A stretch of 62,610 nucleotides of DNA, counting the filler, from Sphacelaria rigidula (lineage: Eukaryota): the NCBI GenBank assembly GCA_964200075.2. It is 7 parts of 7 records of this genome, joined end to end, with 100 filler letters (N's around TTAATTAATTAA, not from the genome) between each part and the next. Parts side by side here need not be neighbours in the genome. Positions count along the whole stretch, not along the records: positions 8,961 to 17,820 come from CAXNAA020009917.1; positions 17,921 to 26,779 come from CAXNAA020009918.1; positions 26,880 to 35,737 come from CAXNAA020009919.1; 4 more parts are not named here. The stretch is one strand, 5' to 3'. A model generated the notes under the pieces. The model searched no databases and was not told where the DNA came from. It saw nothing but the letters and a program-made list of their open reading frames with translations. Below are positions 12,334-31,769 of this stretch, one piece after another. A program made the position numbers and the translations under genes. The stretch's first letter is position 1. Each line of letters opens with the position of its first letter.

Positions 12334-15300
12334 GTGGTTCCACACAAGCAGGGATACCAAGCACGTCTGTGTCGTGCAAAACCTAGAGTGTCCATATTTA
12401 ATTCTCCGTATGTCGGGGCCGCCTATTTGCGGTGTTCCGTGAAGTCCGGTAGACTGCATATTCGATGTTTAGATTTTTATGCAGTGAAACCCCGCTGTTT
12501 TTTGTTCGTCCATGAAGTACCGTTACCCCCCACCCCCTCTAAGGGTTGGCGTCGATTGGCGATGACGCCGGAAAACGCGCGATTCACGGCATAGGCTAGG
12601 CAACCAGGTTACCGTTATTTTCTCACTTGCACTTTTTTGTGGTGACCATGATGTTGATCGAGTTAGATCTTTTTGTGCGGGACGGAAAATCCAACTCCGC
12701 GTGAAGGGGATGATCGTACCACGTAGTGTTGAAATGGTGAGACACCCATGAGATAGTGCAACCCGTGGCCGTCTCTAGAAGTGACGATACCAGAAAATGA
12801 AGCGACTCACTCGAGGCTGCCATCCATTTGCGAGATAATTAGTACGCTTCGGGCCGAACAAACATATCACGGCGCTTCACGCTTGACGATTGTGAGCCTG
12901 ATCCGGCGAAAACCGGCGTGCCCCGTCCCGACTTTGCGGGGATGTGATGCTAATGGTGCTATGAATACGGCATCCATAATCATGAGTACTCCTCCCTCCC
13001 TCTCTTCCTCCCCACAGCGCGCACTAGCTGCACAATTGGCTCCTGTGTGCCACTGATGCGATAGTCCAACCAGGTGGAGGATCAAGGTTTCCGTGTTTGC
13101 AAGCTCAGTATCTTTGTGGGCAACAATTGTCAACACTGACGCATTGTGCGGCAATGTGCTCTTTACCGCGTTTCCCCCATTCTTCACAAGCCAGGAAATT
13201 AGCCACACTACTCACAAGTTCGAGCAGTATTCTTCAAGGCATGGTTCAGGAGCCAATGTCTCTGTTTCTCTTATGAGTTCTCTCTTTGTGCTTGAGCCCG
13301 GTGGGTACGGTCAACGTGTCGAACTATCTCTCTGGAATTCAGTAGTCATTGAATCATGTAACACCAACAGCGCTTCTGAATCACTCCGAATGGTGTGGCT
13401 GCCGTGTCATCGAAACGTCACCGTGTGGGGGCGAGCGATCATCAGTTCATTCGAAGTTCGAAACTGGAAACACTCCAAGTTTTGGGAAGCTGCAACCGTC
13501 GAAAAGAAGTCGGTGTGAACGTCTCATTTGCCTAAAGTGCATGTATGACGTATGGCTATACATACTGCAGACATGGTTCAGTTCGCTGGATCCATTTCAC
13601 CCTACTCTTCTAAGATTGTCTTTTCTCGATGCTATGCACAGCCTGCATATTTCGCAAGACAATGTCCAATTTCCACAAGTTTGTTCGTACATTAGCTCTT
13701 CTCACGAAAAATTCTCCCCGCCCCACCTCCACCCCTTCGCGCCTCTGAACGCTTTCAGCCGCCGTCGATCTTGACGCCAGACGGTGTGTGCGTGTAGCTG
13801 TCAAGGAGGCCCGAAGGCAGCGTATGTCTAAATGGCCTGTGCGTGCAAATACGTCGTCAGCAGGTCGGACATGCGGGTTGGAGGACAGACCACGTGCGTA
13901 AATTGCCGCCGGGTGGAAGAGGCGTTCATTGAGGAGAGAAGAGGCCTTTTGTGGGCGAGGAAAGAAACCACTGGGCATATTGACGAGGAAAAAACAGCGC
14001 TGTTTGGGGGTGATTTGACGCGAAATAGTAGATGTGTTGAAGATGTGCCGAAAGAGATGGCGACGTCGAGGAATCAACACGAGACTAGCCATGTCCTTCA
14101 GCAACTGACGGGTATTGTGGAGGTGCAAGGAGTAGGCGGGGTGGTACTCGTAATTTGTTTGCCGTTTCAATGTCGCATTCGTACAAGTTGTCGAGTCGGA
14201 GCAACATCCCAGAGTTTTGCCTAATCAAGTTGCGATTTCACATGGCAGAAGTAAATGTCCCCGAAAGAGAGATTTCTCGTTCGGCAGATTGTTCTGATGC
14301 AGGGAACGGGGCGGGGGGGGAGGATAAGAAGCGTATACACAGCGGGATGTGCTCATACTGTAGGTTTTTGTCTAAACTGTGCGTATCGAGTGTGTGAAAT
14401 GTTATGATGCTATACAAGGACTTGCCGACATTTTGTAACGTGTGCAGCTTATAACTGAAGACAGTTAACAGCGCGCACAAGTATACTTGTTGTGTTTTCG
14501 TAGTGTATGGCGATACGATGAAGCAGCATTGTCATGTTTCTCAGCCATTTCTGCCTCAGATTTCCTACAAATATTGAAGCCCCGTCCCGGTGGCCTAATC
14601 AAAGCATCTTGACGTGGGTCAGGGCTGTACTTTAGGGTTCGAATTCCAGAAGATGGGGATTGATTTCCTCGAGAATATCTGAATTTATGACTTTATGTCG
14701 TCGGAAACGCACGGACGTGCGTAGCAAGGGAAAAGTGGCGAACGTCGACGCGGTGCGGGAATGCTGGTTCAATCCGAGATACAAATATGCCAGGCAGTGT
14801 TGACTTCTGAGATGACGGAATCGTTCCGAGGACGGAGAGGGGTTGAAGGTGGAACCAAAACTAGAAATAAAAGGAAATTATAGGCCAGACTATCACCAAG
14901 CTAGGTTTACAAATTTCACGTCAAGAGCGTGCCTGGTTGGCCCCGAGAGCAAGAGTGGCACATGAGCAAAACGTCGAATACCATGACTTTTTAGTTTTAA
15001 GCTCAATTTGGGCGGGGATGTGGTGGGGAGTACTGTCAGAAGTCTTGACCTCTAAAACTGAAGTTGGTGCCCGTGTTGAGAGGTATAAGGATACTAGACT
15101 CGGAGCAAGGAAGTACACTGTTTTCGAGAGATGAGCACAAAGTAGACTGTAAGGCAGAAAATCGAACTGATGACGCGGTAAAAAACAACCAGTGAGGCAG
15201 CTGAGTTTTGGACTTACCAAAAGACAAGCCCTTCACCTGTTATCATATGTCGAAATGATCATTCCACCTAATCAACCATTCATGTATTCATGTTGAATCA

Positions 15301-16369
15301 CACCTACAAGTTGCTCGCAAATCCCCATACTCCTTCATGGTGGTTTTCGGGCAACGTGCAGGTATTTCTCCGAAGTCGAGAAAGGAGGGGGGGGGGCAGG
15401 GGTAGACCCGCAACGACAGCTATATTGTAACAATCCGGAGGAAGGAACGGAGAGACTTTTGAATTCTTCGCCTCACCTCACGTGTGTCTAACAAACGAGT
15501 CTACTATCCATATTTTGTTGGACATATAATCCGAAAGCAAACAAACGCCGATCCACGATTCTTTCAAATCGCGAAGGGTTACTACCCCCACACTCGCATT
15601 CGACGTACTGATCGAAAGAACATCTTTGGAATGCACGGCATTATGTGCGACATGCAACCATGACCTGCTCAATGTATAGTGGTGTACAGTAGTGAGAGGC
15701 ATGTTTCGATAGTACATATCCTCATCACCCTTATCGTATGGTTATTCAAACAGAACGGATCGTTCCCTATTATCGCTCGTACACGTAAAACACTCTCTAC
15801 CATGCCCCCCCAAAAAACACCAGCCTAAAAACTGTCACGAATAGACTGGCCGTGCAGCGCCTGATGTTTGGGTTCAGGCCACATGAAGTGCCTCATATGG
15901 GCGACCTTGATGAAAACGATACCAAGCGTGGGAATTCCCGCAGCTACTTGTTGGGATAGTTGTGCTCGGCTTTTTTTCATTTCGATTTACGGTTAGACTT
16001 TGCCTCGTCAAACCAGCCACTTTTTTTGGGAGGGGGGGGGGGGCTATCATATAAAGTGTCGGAACGACTCTTAGTCAGGTATTGATGAACGAGGAAATAC
16101 TTTTTACAGGCGAACACAACACAAATGGGGGCCCGGAGAGTTTTTTCCCGTCAATATCCGTGATTTCCAACCTGCAAAGCGTTTAATGCGCATCGTTTTC
16201 TAATACGAACGGTAACTTGATTTATGTTCCGTTCTTCCGGGACTGCCTGATGCCAATCCAAGAAATGTTTGGTATTGCCGTTCGAGGGTATCTTCGGATG
16301 TTTAACTGGACCCGAAACGGTCACCTTTCCTCAGGTTTTGAGAGTCGTTTCAATTGTGTGGTGGGTGCA

Positions 16370-17390
16370 GTCCATAAAAATCAAACTCTCTAGCTTTTAC
16401 AGGTGTTGCAACTTCGGTGCATGTTGTTACCGTGACCACCTCTGCGCAGACGGGAGTACGTGCGCTAGAGCAAGGAAAGGTAGCTATGATCCTGTTTGCC
16501 TGCCGTACTACCGACAGCGTCGCGTGAAAGCCACGAGACCCTTGCTCTCGGCGGTTGATGGCGTGGGTCTCGAATGCAACGACATGCGGTTGATCGTAGA
16601 GCACTCTCGTCTCTCCTCCGAACTTGTAATAATGCCTGACCTCCTGACATCGGAATAATTATTGATATGCGGCAAGCTACTCGTACTGTTGTACCTATTA
16701 TTTAGGTGTTTACGCGGCCAGCGTATGTTGCAGATTGTGGCATGGGCGGGCTCCTTCCTATGCGCCACGCTAGCAAGAGTTAGGTCACCACGGTAGGTAT
16801 CTTTTTTCACTCCGCATGTCAAGAAGGTCTCTACAAGTGTTTGATCTCTCATACACCCCCCTCAACTGGCGTGTGGCACGCTCTTCTGCTCGGGCATCCG
16901 ATGAGGGGGAGGTCAGGGAAAATCAACGATGACTCACACCCCCTAAGTTCAAGTTGGATCTATCTGTTACTGCCACAGCACCGCCCTTGCTGGCATGTGT
17001 GTGGCAGAGAATAGTAGTAGCGATGACGGCAACATTGCCCTATTTTTCAACGACATGTTTTTCAGCGCACAGACGCGCGTCTTGTCCAAAGAGAGAGGCA
17101 GAGAGAAACTGATCTTCGCATCAAGCAAGCAAGAAGAAGAGACGAAATCTCTCCGCAGCTCGGTGTTCTGGCACAACATGGAAAATTAGGTACATGCTGG
17201 TAACATAGATGATGCCAGTCTCTCGAGCGATATTGGTAATCGCCGAGCGAGGACACGCAAAAGGACACGGGCGAGGAGCTTCCTCTCTGTCGTTGCTTCT
17301 ATCTTCAGTGATATCGTCATCGACCGCGTGCAGACCGCATTCGTTGGATGCACCTAGCCAGAACTGCTTAACTCCTCCTGCAGAGTTTTT
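16370..17390. repeat. Unclassified interspersed repeat (~1 kb), copy A
   Basis: Colinear high similarity to 43745-44695; for example, both give the ORF text GSYDPVCLPY.RQRR.KATRPLLSAVDGVGLECNDMRLIVEHSRLSS. Confidence 0.9.
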
Positions 17391-17820
17391 GGGGGGAAGG
17401 TACTTCCGCTCTGTGTTACTGCTTCGTATTTTCCCTACGAGAGAGAAATGTCAATTCGACCCCGTTTTTGAGATAAACCTCATTTTTTAAGGATCCGCTG
17501 TGAAGTGATCACCTTGGGGTGATCCGTAACCTCAGGGGATGCAGGTTCGTCCTGAGATCCGGCTCTTCCTGGTATCACTCCGAGTTGTCTAGTATCGTTG
17601 GCATTACGGGATCTCGGTGATCCGATCATGTCGGGCCGTGATGCGATCATGTCGGGCCGTTTCTACCTTGTACGTGCATGCCCAGGTTTTTCATACATGT
17701 GTGGCATCAACCTGACACTTTCTACGATAGACCCCCCCCCAAAAGTGCATGGTTTTGGGAGGCAAAATCTCCACGTAAATCGAGATGGGAAAAGGCGAGG
17801 ACGGCGAGAAGCTGGGAGTT

Positions 17821-17920
17821 NNNNNNNNNNNNNNNNNNNNNNNNNNNNNNNNNNNNNNNNNNNNTTAATTAATTAANNNNNNNNNNNNNNNNNNNNNNNN
17901 NNNNNNNNNNNNNNNNNNNN
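17821..17920. other. Artificial 100-bp contig spacer
   Basis: Same N/TTAATTAATTAA/N pad. Confidence 0.98.
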
Positions 17921-18009
17921 TATGATACTAAAACCAAGTAATTTCCTGACGAATCATTATTTGTCCTAACCGTGGAAGGTAATGCTTCCACAGATTTGCC
18001 ATTCGGCTA

Positions 18010-18360
18010 AGAGATGATTGATGCGATTGATTGATTGTCGCACGTTATATGATGTTGAATTATACCCGATGGATCTATTGATGTATTGATAGCCGTGGTC
18101 ATTATCTACAAGATACACGTAAATGTACCCGAGGTCAACACAACAGAAATGCTCGCCAGCAGAAAAAGGAAGAGGGGAAAGGCAAGAAGGCCGAATAAAC
18201 AAAGGGAATGGTCTGAGAAGCAAGAAATAAAAACAAAACCACAGAAAGGAGAGGGAAGGAAAGGAAAGGAAATCATGATAATCGAGAACGAAGAGAAGAG
18301 AAGGGAAGAAAACAGTGCCAATGAAAGAAGAATGAGAAGGAAAAGATGAGAAAAATGTCA
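18010..18360 (-). mobile_element. 3' end of RTE-like LINE with (AATC)n tail
   Basis: The reverse complement reads pyrimidine-rich UTR...tgaccacggct...gtgcgacaatcaatcaatc, the same terminus as 32288-32340. Confidence 0.65.
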
Positions 18361-19386
18361 CTAGAAATGACCGACCCCTGCGTCATGACTTCAGGTGAAC
18401 AAGGTCGTCTGAGAGCCAGATTGCGGCTGAGCTTCTTCGGATCATACGAAGTGTTATTTGAGCATGAGCCTTATCCATGAGCCCTAGAGAAGCGAGGCAT
18501 GAAAGTTTTGCTTGTACAATACAAGATGGTCATGTGAGAACTTGCCCCGCACGTGCATTGGCCTGAAATAAATACATGCATTGTGGAAGGAAATTGATTC
18601 CTGGAACACGTGCTAAAGTCAAGCATTCGACTGCACAGTATCTGTGGCCATACTCCACTGACCCCACAGAGTAGATATAATATGTGCCTTTTGACATTTT
18701 GTCATCGCCTTTTACCGGTGCCACGAGGTACACCCTACATCTTGAATTTATTCGAGTTCCCGAGGCTGCGGGCCTCAGTATGAAGGCGGTGTTTGCAAGA
18801 GCGGCTGCTAGGACCACAACTTGTGCGAAGGGGTGTGAATCCGGGCCATCCGGTTGGCACAAGACGTATAATACTGCCGCTGCTTTCTCTTGATTTTGAT
18901 GTAAGAATGATTCGCCTGCTGTAGTCATTGGATTATTCTCCTTCCATCTTTTATTTTCCTTTCTGTTTCTGCTCTGTCTCTCGTTTGTTAATTGTTAATA
19001 TCCACCTTTCTCCATTTAATCTTTTCACGTATCTAAAATCTATCTTGGTCGTCGTGCCCCCTTTCTCCAGATTCTTTCAGCGTGTATTTTCTTTCCGTTT
19101 TGTTCCCCTTGGATACCTGCGTGCGTCTTGTGGATAAATACCACCCCTGGATTTCTCGGGAATGAGTTAATGTGCGGCAGATCAATCCACTTCGTATTAG
19201 TCAATTAAGGTACGAGGACCTGCTAACGCTGCAACTTCTTTTCTTTTTGAGGCGGGCGGGGGGGGGTAGATCCGCGTGATCTGATGGGAGAACGAACGAG
19301 TATCAAATACTGCGATTGCTTATGCTTCATATCAATGTACGAATAAATACCCTGTAGGCCAAGATGACCAAATGTTGCTCAATTCA

Positions 19387-19462
19387 GGGGGGGGGCGTAC
19401 TCATTTGTTGCTTCCCTTAGTCGTTTTACCATTGACCACGCATCCCCTTTCGAGACGGAGCA
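19387..19462. repeat. Dispersed ~70-bp G-tract repeat copy
   Basis: Matches 3003-3072 and 44796-44867. Confidence 0.8.
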
Positions 19463-19804
19463 CCGTTCCTACTCCTAATAGAGACACCTTCAACATTCCG
19501 GCGCTCATTACGCTCAATTCAGGGGGTTGAATGAAAAAGATATATTCATGTAGCGGGAAGACGGGTGATCCCGGCTACCGTCGAGGAGTGGGCCAGCTGC
19601 CTCCCGTTTCGGTCTAGGTCGCAAGATAATCTTGCTTGCGATGGTCGTTTCCCTACCGCCTCTGCCTTGTCCGTCTTTCCGACCGCTGGGTTGAATACAA
19701 GGGCTGATGTGATGGTCGCAAGAACTCCATCTCGAAATGCAGCAGAGGCATATGTCATCATGCATGAAATATTCCAAGATTGTGCTCTGTAGGATACGAT
19801 TTTT

Positions 19805-19945
19805 TGTGGTATCTACCCGGTATTGCCCGTACACGATAGTTCTGTAAGATTTCCATACCGATACCCGACAGTTCTGCAACCTCTGTGAAAAATCTCATAC
19901 CCTACCGAACATAGCCCGTACCCTACAGGACACAACCTGGAACTA
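19805..19945. repeat. Dispersed repeat related to 58880-59200
   Basis: Shared text ...acccgacagt.ctg.aa...tg..a.a.atct..taccctaccg.a.a...cccgtaccct.ca..acacaacct. Confidence 0.6.
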
Positions 19946-20567
19946 TTGGAATATTCGGGGTCTGTCCTGCTGGAGCACCGACTTCCTTCCACTCTCTTGT
20001 AACCCGAGCCGAACGAAAACACACTGTTACGGCGCCGCATTTTGCTGCCGCTGATACCTCCCAAGTCTGGAGTACTTCACTTCCCCCTCACGTTGCACGC
20101 CCTTCATGATGATGGCCGGACACACTTTCTCGGCTGCGTGTGTGCCTGTGTGTTTTATTTTGATCCCATTGAATCTGGACGCCTACACCTCCCCGAAAAT
20201 GTGGGCGCACCAGCCGGCGTCACACAGGGAAATGAATATGGGGAAGATCGCACATCACTTCTTTTTCGGATTCGCCACCTTTTGACGATGCTTGCCTTCA
20301 TTTTTATCGCAAGAAGGGTTCAGCGGGGGTCCCCTTCCCTCGTCGATAATTGTTGAATTGTATTTTGTTCACTCACGAAATAATTGCTTTCCACTGTTGG
20401 GCATGTTGTGAGAAGAAAAAAAATTACGTGTGTCTTCACCGAGGATCGAACACACCACCTAACTTCGAGGAGGAATTTGAGGTTACCAACCGAACCACGT
20501 GGGGGGCCGGCAGAATCTAGACTGCGCATCATTAATTGCTTGATTGCTTCACGGATGCGTTAGTTGA

Positions 20568-26317
<5,750 letters not shown>

Positions 26318-26779
26318 GCGGGTACCGGTAGTAATGAATTTCTTGTACACATGGGACAGCTCATGAGCTACATCAGTGTATTGATCCGGATCATGAGCTA
26401 TGATTGCTCATTTGACCCCTGTTCCCATGTGTTTTTGTCCCTACTTATGTTTTCATGGTTGATTATAGGACACTCTGAACAGATTCTGTTTTTGCTGATA
26501 GCGGGATGCTGTGTGTAGGCTAGACATGCCCCGTCTGTTGTGCTTCCATGACGATGCTACTTGACCAGACCCCGAGGGAGGTCATAGTTTCTTGTTTCCC
26601 CTCCTCGTTACCGTCAGGTTGTCCTTTTTTTGTTCTTGTATTTTATGGATATTCCTATCTAGCGTTTTCAAGTCTCCGGTGCGCAGGCTCTGTAGAGCAT
26701 CTTTTTGAACAGCACTCCAGACAGTAGATCTATATTGGGATTGGTCTCTGTTATATGCGACAGTTTCGATTATCGGCTC

Positions 26780-26879
26780 NNNNNNNNNNNNNNNNNNNNN
26801 NNNNNNNNNNNNNNNNNNNNNNNTTAATTAATTAANNNNNNNNNNNNNNNNNNNNNNNNNNNNNNNNNNNNNNNNNNNN
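26780..26879. other. Artificial 100-bp contig spacer
   Basis: Same N/TTAATTAATTAA/N pad. Confidence 0.98.
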
Positions 26880-29359
26880 CTACGATACCTACGTATACCA
26901 CGGTATAGGATACCCCGGTAAATACCGGGGGTACGCTCGGTACGGTACCTTACCTACGGTGCCTGTGATATTTTACTAAAGAATATGTTGTCCAGGGTGT
27001 GACACAGAGTCATTTCCTGTGTTTATCCGGTGCTGTGACCGCACAAAGAATTCCACACCTTGTTTAGGTGGTTCTCCAGCACATCGATCGCCTTGGGCTT
27101 GATGTTGTTGCTCCACCCATCCTCGAGGGAGATAATCCGTGCAGCATCGCGAGCCGTCATGCTCTATTCCAGCCCCCCTTTTTTACGGCCCTTCACCGCC
27201 TGCGTGTTGCATCAACAAGTCGCGCAACAAGAAGCGATAAACGGCATTTTCCGGTTTACTACAACCCAAAAGAGGAATAGAAAGGGCCATCCCAGGGGCC
27301 TAAACAGTCCTTGTTCCTTTTCCATCATATCGAGGCGGTGTTTTTGAAGGTTAGGCGTCAAGAGAATGCGCACTTAGCTTGTGATGACGCCGAAACTTGG
27401 AGTATGTGTTGATTGGATCAACAGCAAGTGTCACAATCGCAGCCGTGGCCGCAGAAGGCGCGGAGGACTCAGTCTGCATTGAAACGGTGGATACCAGAAA
27501 TGACTGTACTTTTTTTTCTAGCACTGTCTAATGACGATTATACTGGGTATGGTAAAAGTCGGGCTCGCAGGCCGCGATGGATCCTGCCGGTGTCATCGTC
27601 AATCTTTGCCCAGTTAGGGGTGAACACACGCAGAAACGCAACGAAGTGACAGCATTTAGGCTTCATCATATATGTGAGGGTCGGTGGCTGGATGTTCCCG
27701 GTCCAAGTCGCTTGACAGGTCAAGGTCAAGCTTCTCTCGTGCGATCACTGCGTTCCGCAATGGACCCCTGCCGGTGTACCCGACACGGGGGCAAAATTCC
27801 TGTACAGACAATAGCGATGCTAACGTACGCAAAGAGCTGACAGTCTGGCAGCCGGCAAGATGGTAAAAGTGGTTTTCTTGTGGCGATATCAACTTACAGC
27901 GCACTGGAGCAGAGTTTGCACGTGAATATTTTGGCGAGTGGCCCACTTGAACTTCGCCCATATATTAGGGATTTGTTCACCATCTTACCGAGTAACGTTA
28001 TAGGTGGAAATGTACCACACCCTGGACAAATATTTATACAGTCAGTACGAACGATGTTGAAAGTGTACTGCGCATAGTACGGAATCACTTTTTTATTGTA
28101 ATTTGTGTAGTGCTCGTACTTGTAGTCGGTAACTGCACGCTACACTTGGAGACACCTGTGTAGAAATCTCCACGGTGTGAAATTTTACAGGCGTCTTTCG
28201 CGCCATGGCACCTGTGTTACCATACAGCTTCGCCCAAGATACAGGCAGTCATTATAGCGGCGGAGGCGGCCTTTTACTCCTGCGTGCGCCACCCAGGGCA
28301 AATGCACGCTTCGCTGCAACACGAACAGCTGTACAAAATGTGGCGTAGCGATATAGCGCGTAGCGAGGGGTGATATCCCACATACACGTCGGCCACAGTA
28401 CAAGCGTCTGCGTTCATGTTGTGGCGAACTGCATAGGACAGCGGGGAATCAATGCAGCACAGGGATAGGCTAAGGATGCGACGTTCTGCGGTATGCTTTG
28501 TCACCCTGGACCCTGCCGCTGTGCAGTGAGCAGGTAGTACCGCCCAACGCTTCACGCTGCGGTTAGTACGAGGTGTCGAATACAGACAGTAAGCAGTATA
28601 TTCTTCGTGTTTCAAGACCGATGCGCACCGGGTGGAGCCCGTACTAAAGAACCCTGCACCAGCTTCGTCCTGTTCTGGCTTATACAGATTTTTTTTCAGC
28701 AGCAATCGCTTGCGATATGTGCCGTGACGGATCTCGTGCGTGATGCGGCATTCTCCACCGTGAAGCATCGCCCGTGCAGCAACCTGTTTAAGCTGACAGT
28801 GTCCACCCCTCTTCCCATGATCTCTCTGAGCACAAGGTAAATGAAACTGTGGAACATGACTCAATCTACTGGAACGTACACATCTCCCAAGCAAATGCCT
28901 CCATATCATGGAAAAGGAACAAGAATGCAAAACTCTTCGAGCCCCAGATACAACGGATAATCCAAGACGACCCACTGGCAAAAGTGTTTGGACACAGTTA
29001 TTGGAGGGACTGGGGCCCGATTCGGGGTACTATATTTCGGGAAAATGAATCACGAACGCTGTATGCGTAAGAACCGGACCCTAATCGGGCGAATCATATC
29101 AATCAAAAGTACACGCGTCACCTAAAAACAACGACCTGGCTCATATGAAATGTACTATGAACATGGTACATATCTTCAAGCCTGAGAGTGGTCGGTGTTG
29201 AGATGATATTGCTCCTCCGGATAACTCGCTCCAGATCAGTGGGTGGAAACTCCTTGGTGCACTAGTGTTCAGCTGCTGTACTACTCGGGAAGTGCACGCC
29301 CCCGAGCTGCCACCCCACGTTCACCACCATTGCGGAGATAACAAGACAAGAACACGAAC

Positions 29360-29815
29360 AGCAGCAATTGTGGCCGCCACACACCAACGCAACTGCAGTG
29401 AAAGGCGTACCTGACGTCGTGCTAGAACGAGAAAGTACGGAAATTTGGATACCATGAGCAGCAGCGTTGCGCATGTGGAAAGTACCGAGGGCGATGTTGA
29501 TGTTGACGGTCAAGAGTTTGGCCCTATGCGGATTGGCTGCGCGCTGCATGTCCTACGCATAGCTGTGGCTGCGGGATTGGACAGTGATTTTTTTATGGGC
29601 CCCATGGGGTCAGGGTCATGACAAGAGAGGGAGGAATCCCATCTTGTCAGTCGCTTGGGCATGGTCTGGCACACACTGACCAGATCGACGTCTCGAACGT
29701 CAATTTTGCCCTAATTTCAAAATCTAGTGAGGGACGAAGTTGGACAAACGTGACGAAAAAAGTTGAGAGGCCAGCAGAGACGAGATGGATGATGATTTGG
29801 GAGTGGGCGAGGTGA
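29360..29815 (+). pseudogene. hAT-like DDE transposase relic
   Basis: In order, across frameshifts: IVAAT..NATAVK (resembles the TDNA.N second-Asp motif), RIGCALHVLRIAVAAGL (C-x2-H motif, 29529-29580) and RPAETRW (TRW motif, ~29770-29790). Confidence 0.55.
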
Positions 29816-31486
29816 GTTGGTAAGTCACCGACTGCGCTCCTTCCCGCGTGTATAGGGTTCCGTTTCAACAGCAAGTTGGCTAAAGTCGCATAGCTTACAT
29901 GTTCTTCATAGTATCTGCAAACAGTCACGTGAAACATCGTTGCTGTGCCGACCCGGTCATACATAGCCAGTGCGTCATCAAAAATTAAAATCGCTGTACT
30001 CGTGGACGCCTTGGGTTCTGTCTCGAAAACCCGTATGTTATCGGTGAACTCGTCCTCTACAAGTCAAGGAGTGAAAGGGCATTCGCTCATGATATGTGAG
30101 GTTGTCCTTTGTGCACATCCCCATAGAATAGAGCAGCACATGGCGGACCGCACCCAAAGCAAATGTCATGACATTGATTGGCGCCAAAAAATAGCATTTG
30201 GTCGAAGATGCAAGTTGGTGTAGATCGCATGGTTTAGAAAAAAATAATAGTACGTACAAGCCGTCAGGTGGAACATCGTGGCTCTGCTGACCTCTTCATA
30301 CATAGTCAGTGCGTACGAGTCTAAAATAAAACAGACGATGACTAAATACATAATCACAGACAGTAGCGGCCAGCAGATGTAAGACTGTGCATGTACTACA
30401 ATCGCTCTAGATGCCTCGGCTTCTGCACTGGAGCGCTGACACGAAGCAGCCGCTAGCTTTGTCTTTCGTCTGTGAACTCCCCCTCTGAAATTCGACACGT
30501 GAAGGGATACTCGCAATCGGAAGGCGAAATTGCCTTTGGTGCACAGCCGCACAGAACCGAGCAGCAGCGCCTGGCAGCACGCACCAAACTGCATGTCGCC
30601 ACAACTTGATTGCGGCAACAAATAAAAAACATGCGCACCGATTTGTTTTAATTTGACATGTTGGACCTCGAATAGCGCTACTAATCCTCAGCCCAAAAGT
30701 GCCGACCGCGCAACGCGTAGAACTCGGCGACGAAGCAGAGGATTGGACTGCAGTTTCTGGCGTGCGCTTCCCATACACCCAAGCTACGTCAACTCATTTC
30801 ATTTTTTCGTTTGCGCGTGATACTGAGCCGCAACAAACCCAAACGTACGAAAATGAGATGTTTTGCGCTCTGGGGAGGGGAGTTCTCGGTGCTGACGCGA
30901 CGCCAGGAAAATATTAAATGGAGTTCCCTAGATCTTGTGTATATGCGAGGGGGGGGGGAGGGGGGTTGAAGTGCCGTGGGCTGGTTTGCTTCCTGTGTCG
31001 AGAACGGCGCGATCTCCGGTACTACAGCTGTCCTATAGTAAACCAAGTTTAAAAATGATGGAGCGTGCATTCTACTCGAGACGGTCTCGGCACAGGGGCG
31101 ACCACCTACTGACGTGTTCATTATTCCTCTGCGCTTCTGTTTTTGTTTAGTTTGCCGCTGATTTTTGGTCGTTAGGCCCTCCAGTCCCACCCATAACAGT
31201 TGCTCCGGCTGAATAATCAATATCAAAAAGAAAATATCAAGTAATATAAGGGTTGGGGAGCAATGACTAAACACTTGTGTTCTTATCGGGGATGGTGCTC
31301 AATACTAGGGAGCTGCTCAGCTGTGGCACCCCGGTTTACCGTGGTTGAAGACTCGTCTCCGGAATTGTTCCGAAAAGAGGCCTGTCGCCCAAGGGCTTAC
31401 AAACAGACGTGGATACGTATGGACAGATATTCGCTGAGCCTTTCAGACGACAGGGAATGCAAAAGTGGGACGTAAGGCATACTGGG

Positions 31487-31553
31487 CGTTGAAGTGCGAC
31501 AATCAATCAAAATCAAAATCAAAATCAAAATCAAAATCAAAATCAAAATCAAA
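31487..31553 (+). repeat. LINE 3' terminus stub followed by an (AAAATC)n microsatellite
   Basis: gttgaagtgcgacaatcaatc followed by about 7 AAAATC units. Confidence 0.8.
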
Positions 31554-31769
31554 ACTGGCATCAAAATCTACTACGGAGTCCGCTATACCCAACACCGCCC
31601 GAGATCGGCCTGTACACAAGGGTCTTGTCAGAGGGACATTTTCTTCAAGGATTTCTTCTCCGTTTCCGAGAGAAGTGCTGGGAAGAAACTCCGACGCTAG
31701 ATTTTCGAATATGTTTGTGGTCTGTCTTCAATCGATCTACTACATGATCTGGTTGATAAATCTGCTCTC

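Noticed and set aside
12860-14230. Several 110-190-aa ORFs on both strands downstream of the ankyrin-like gene
   Set aside because: No recognisable motifs or consistent splice structure. They may be decayed TE sequence, but I cannot support a call.
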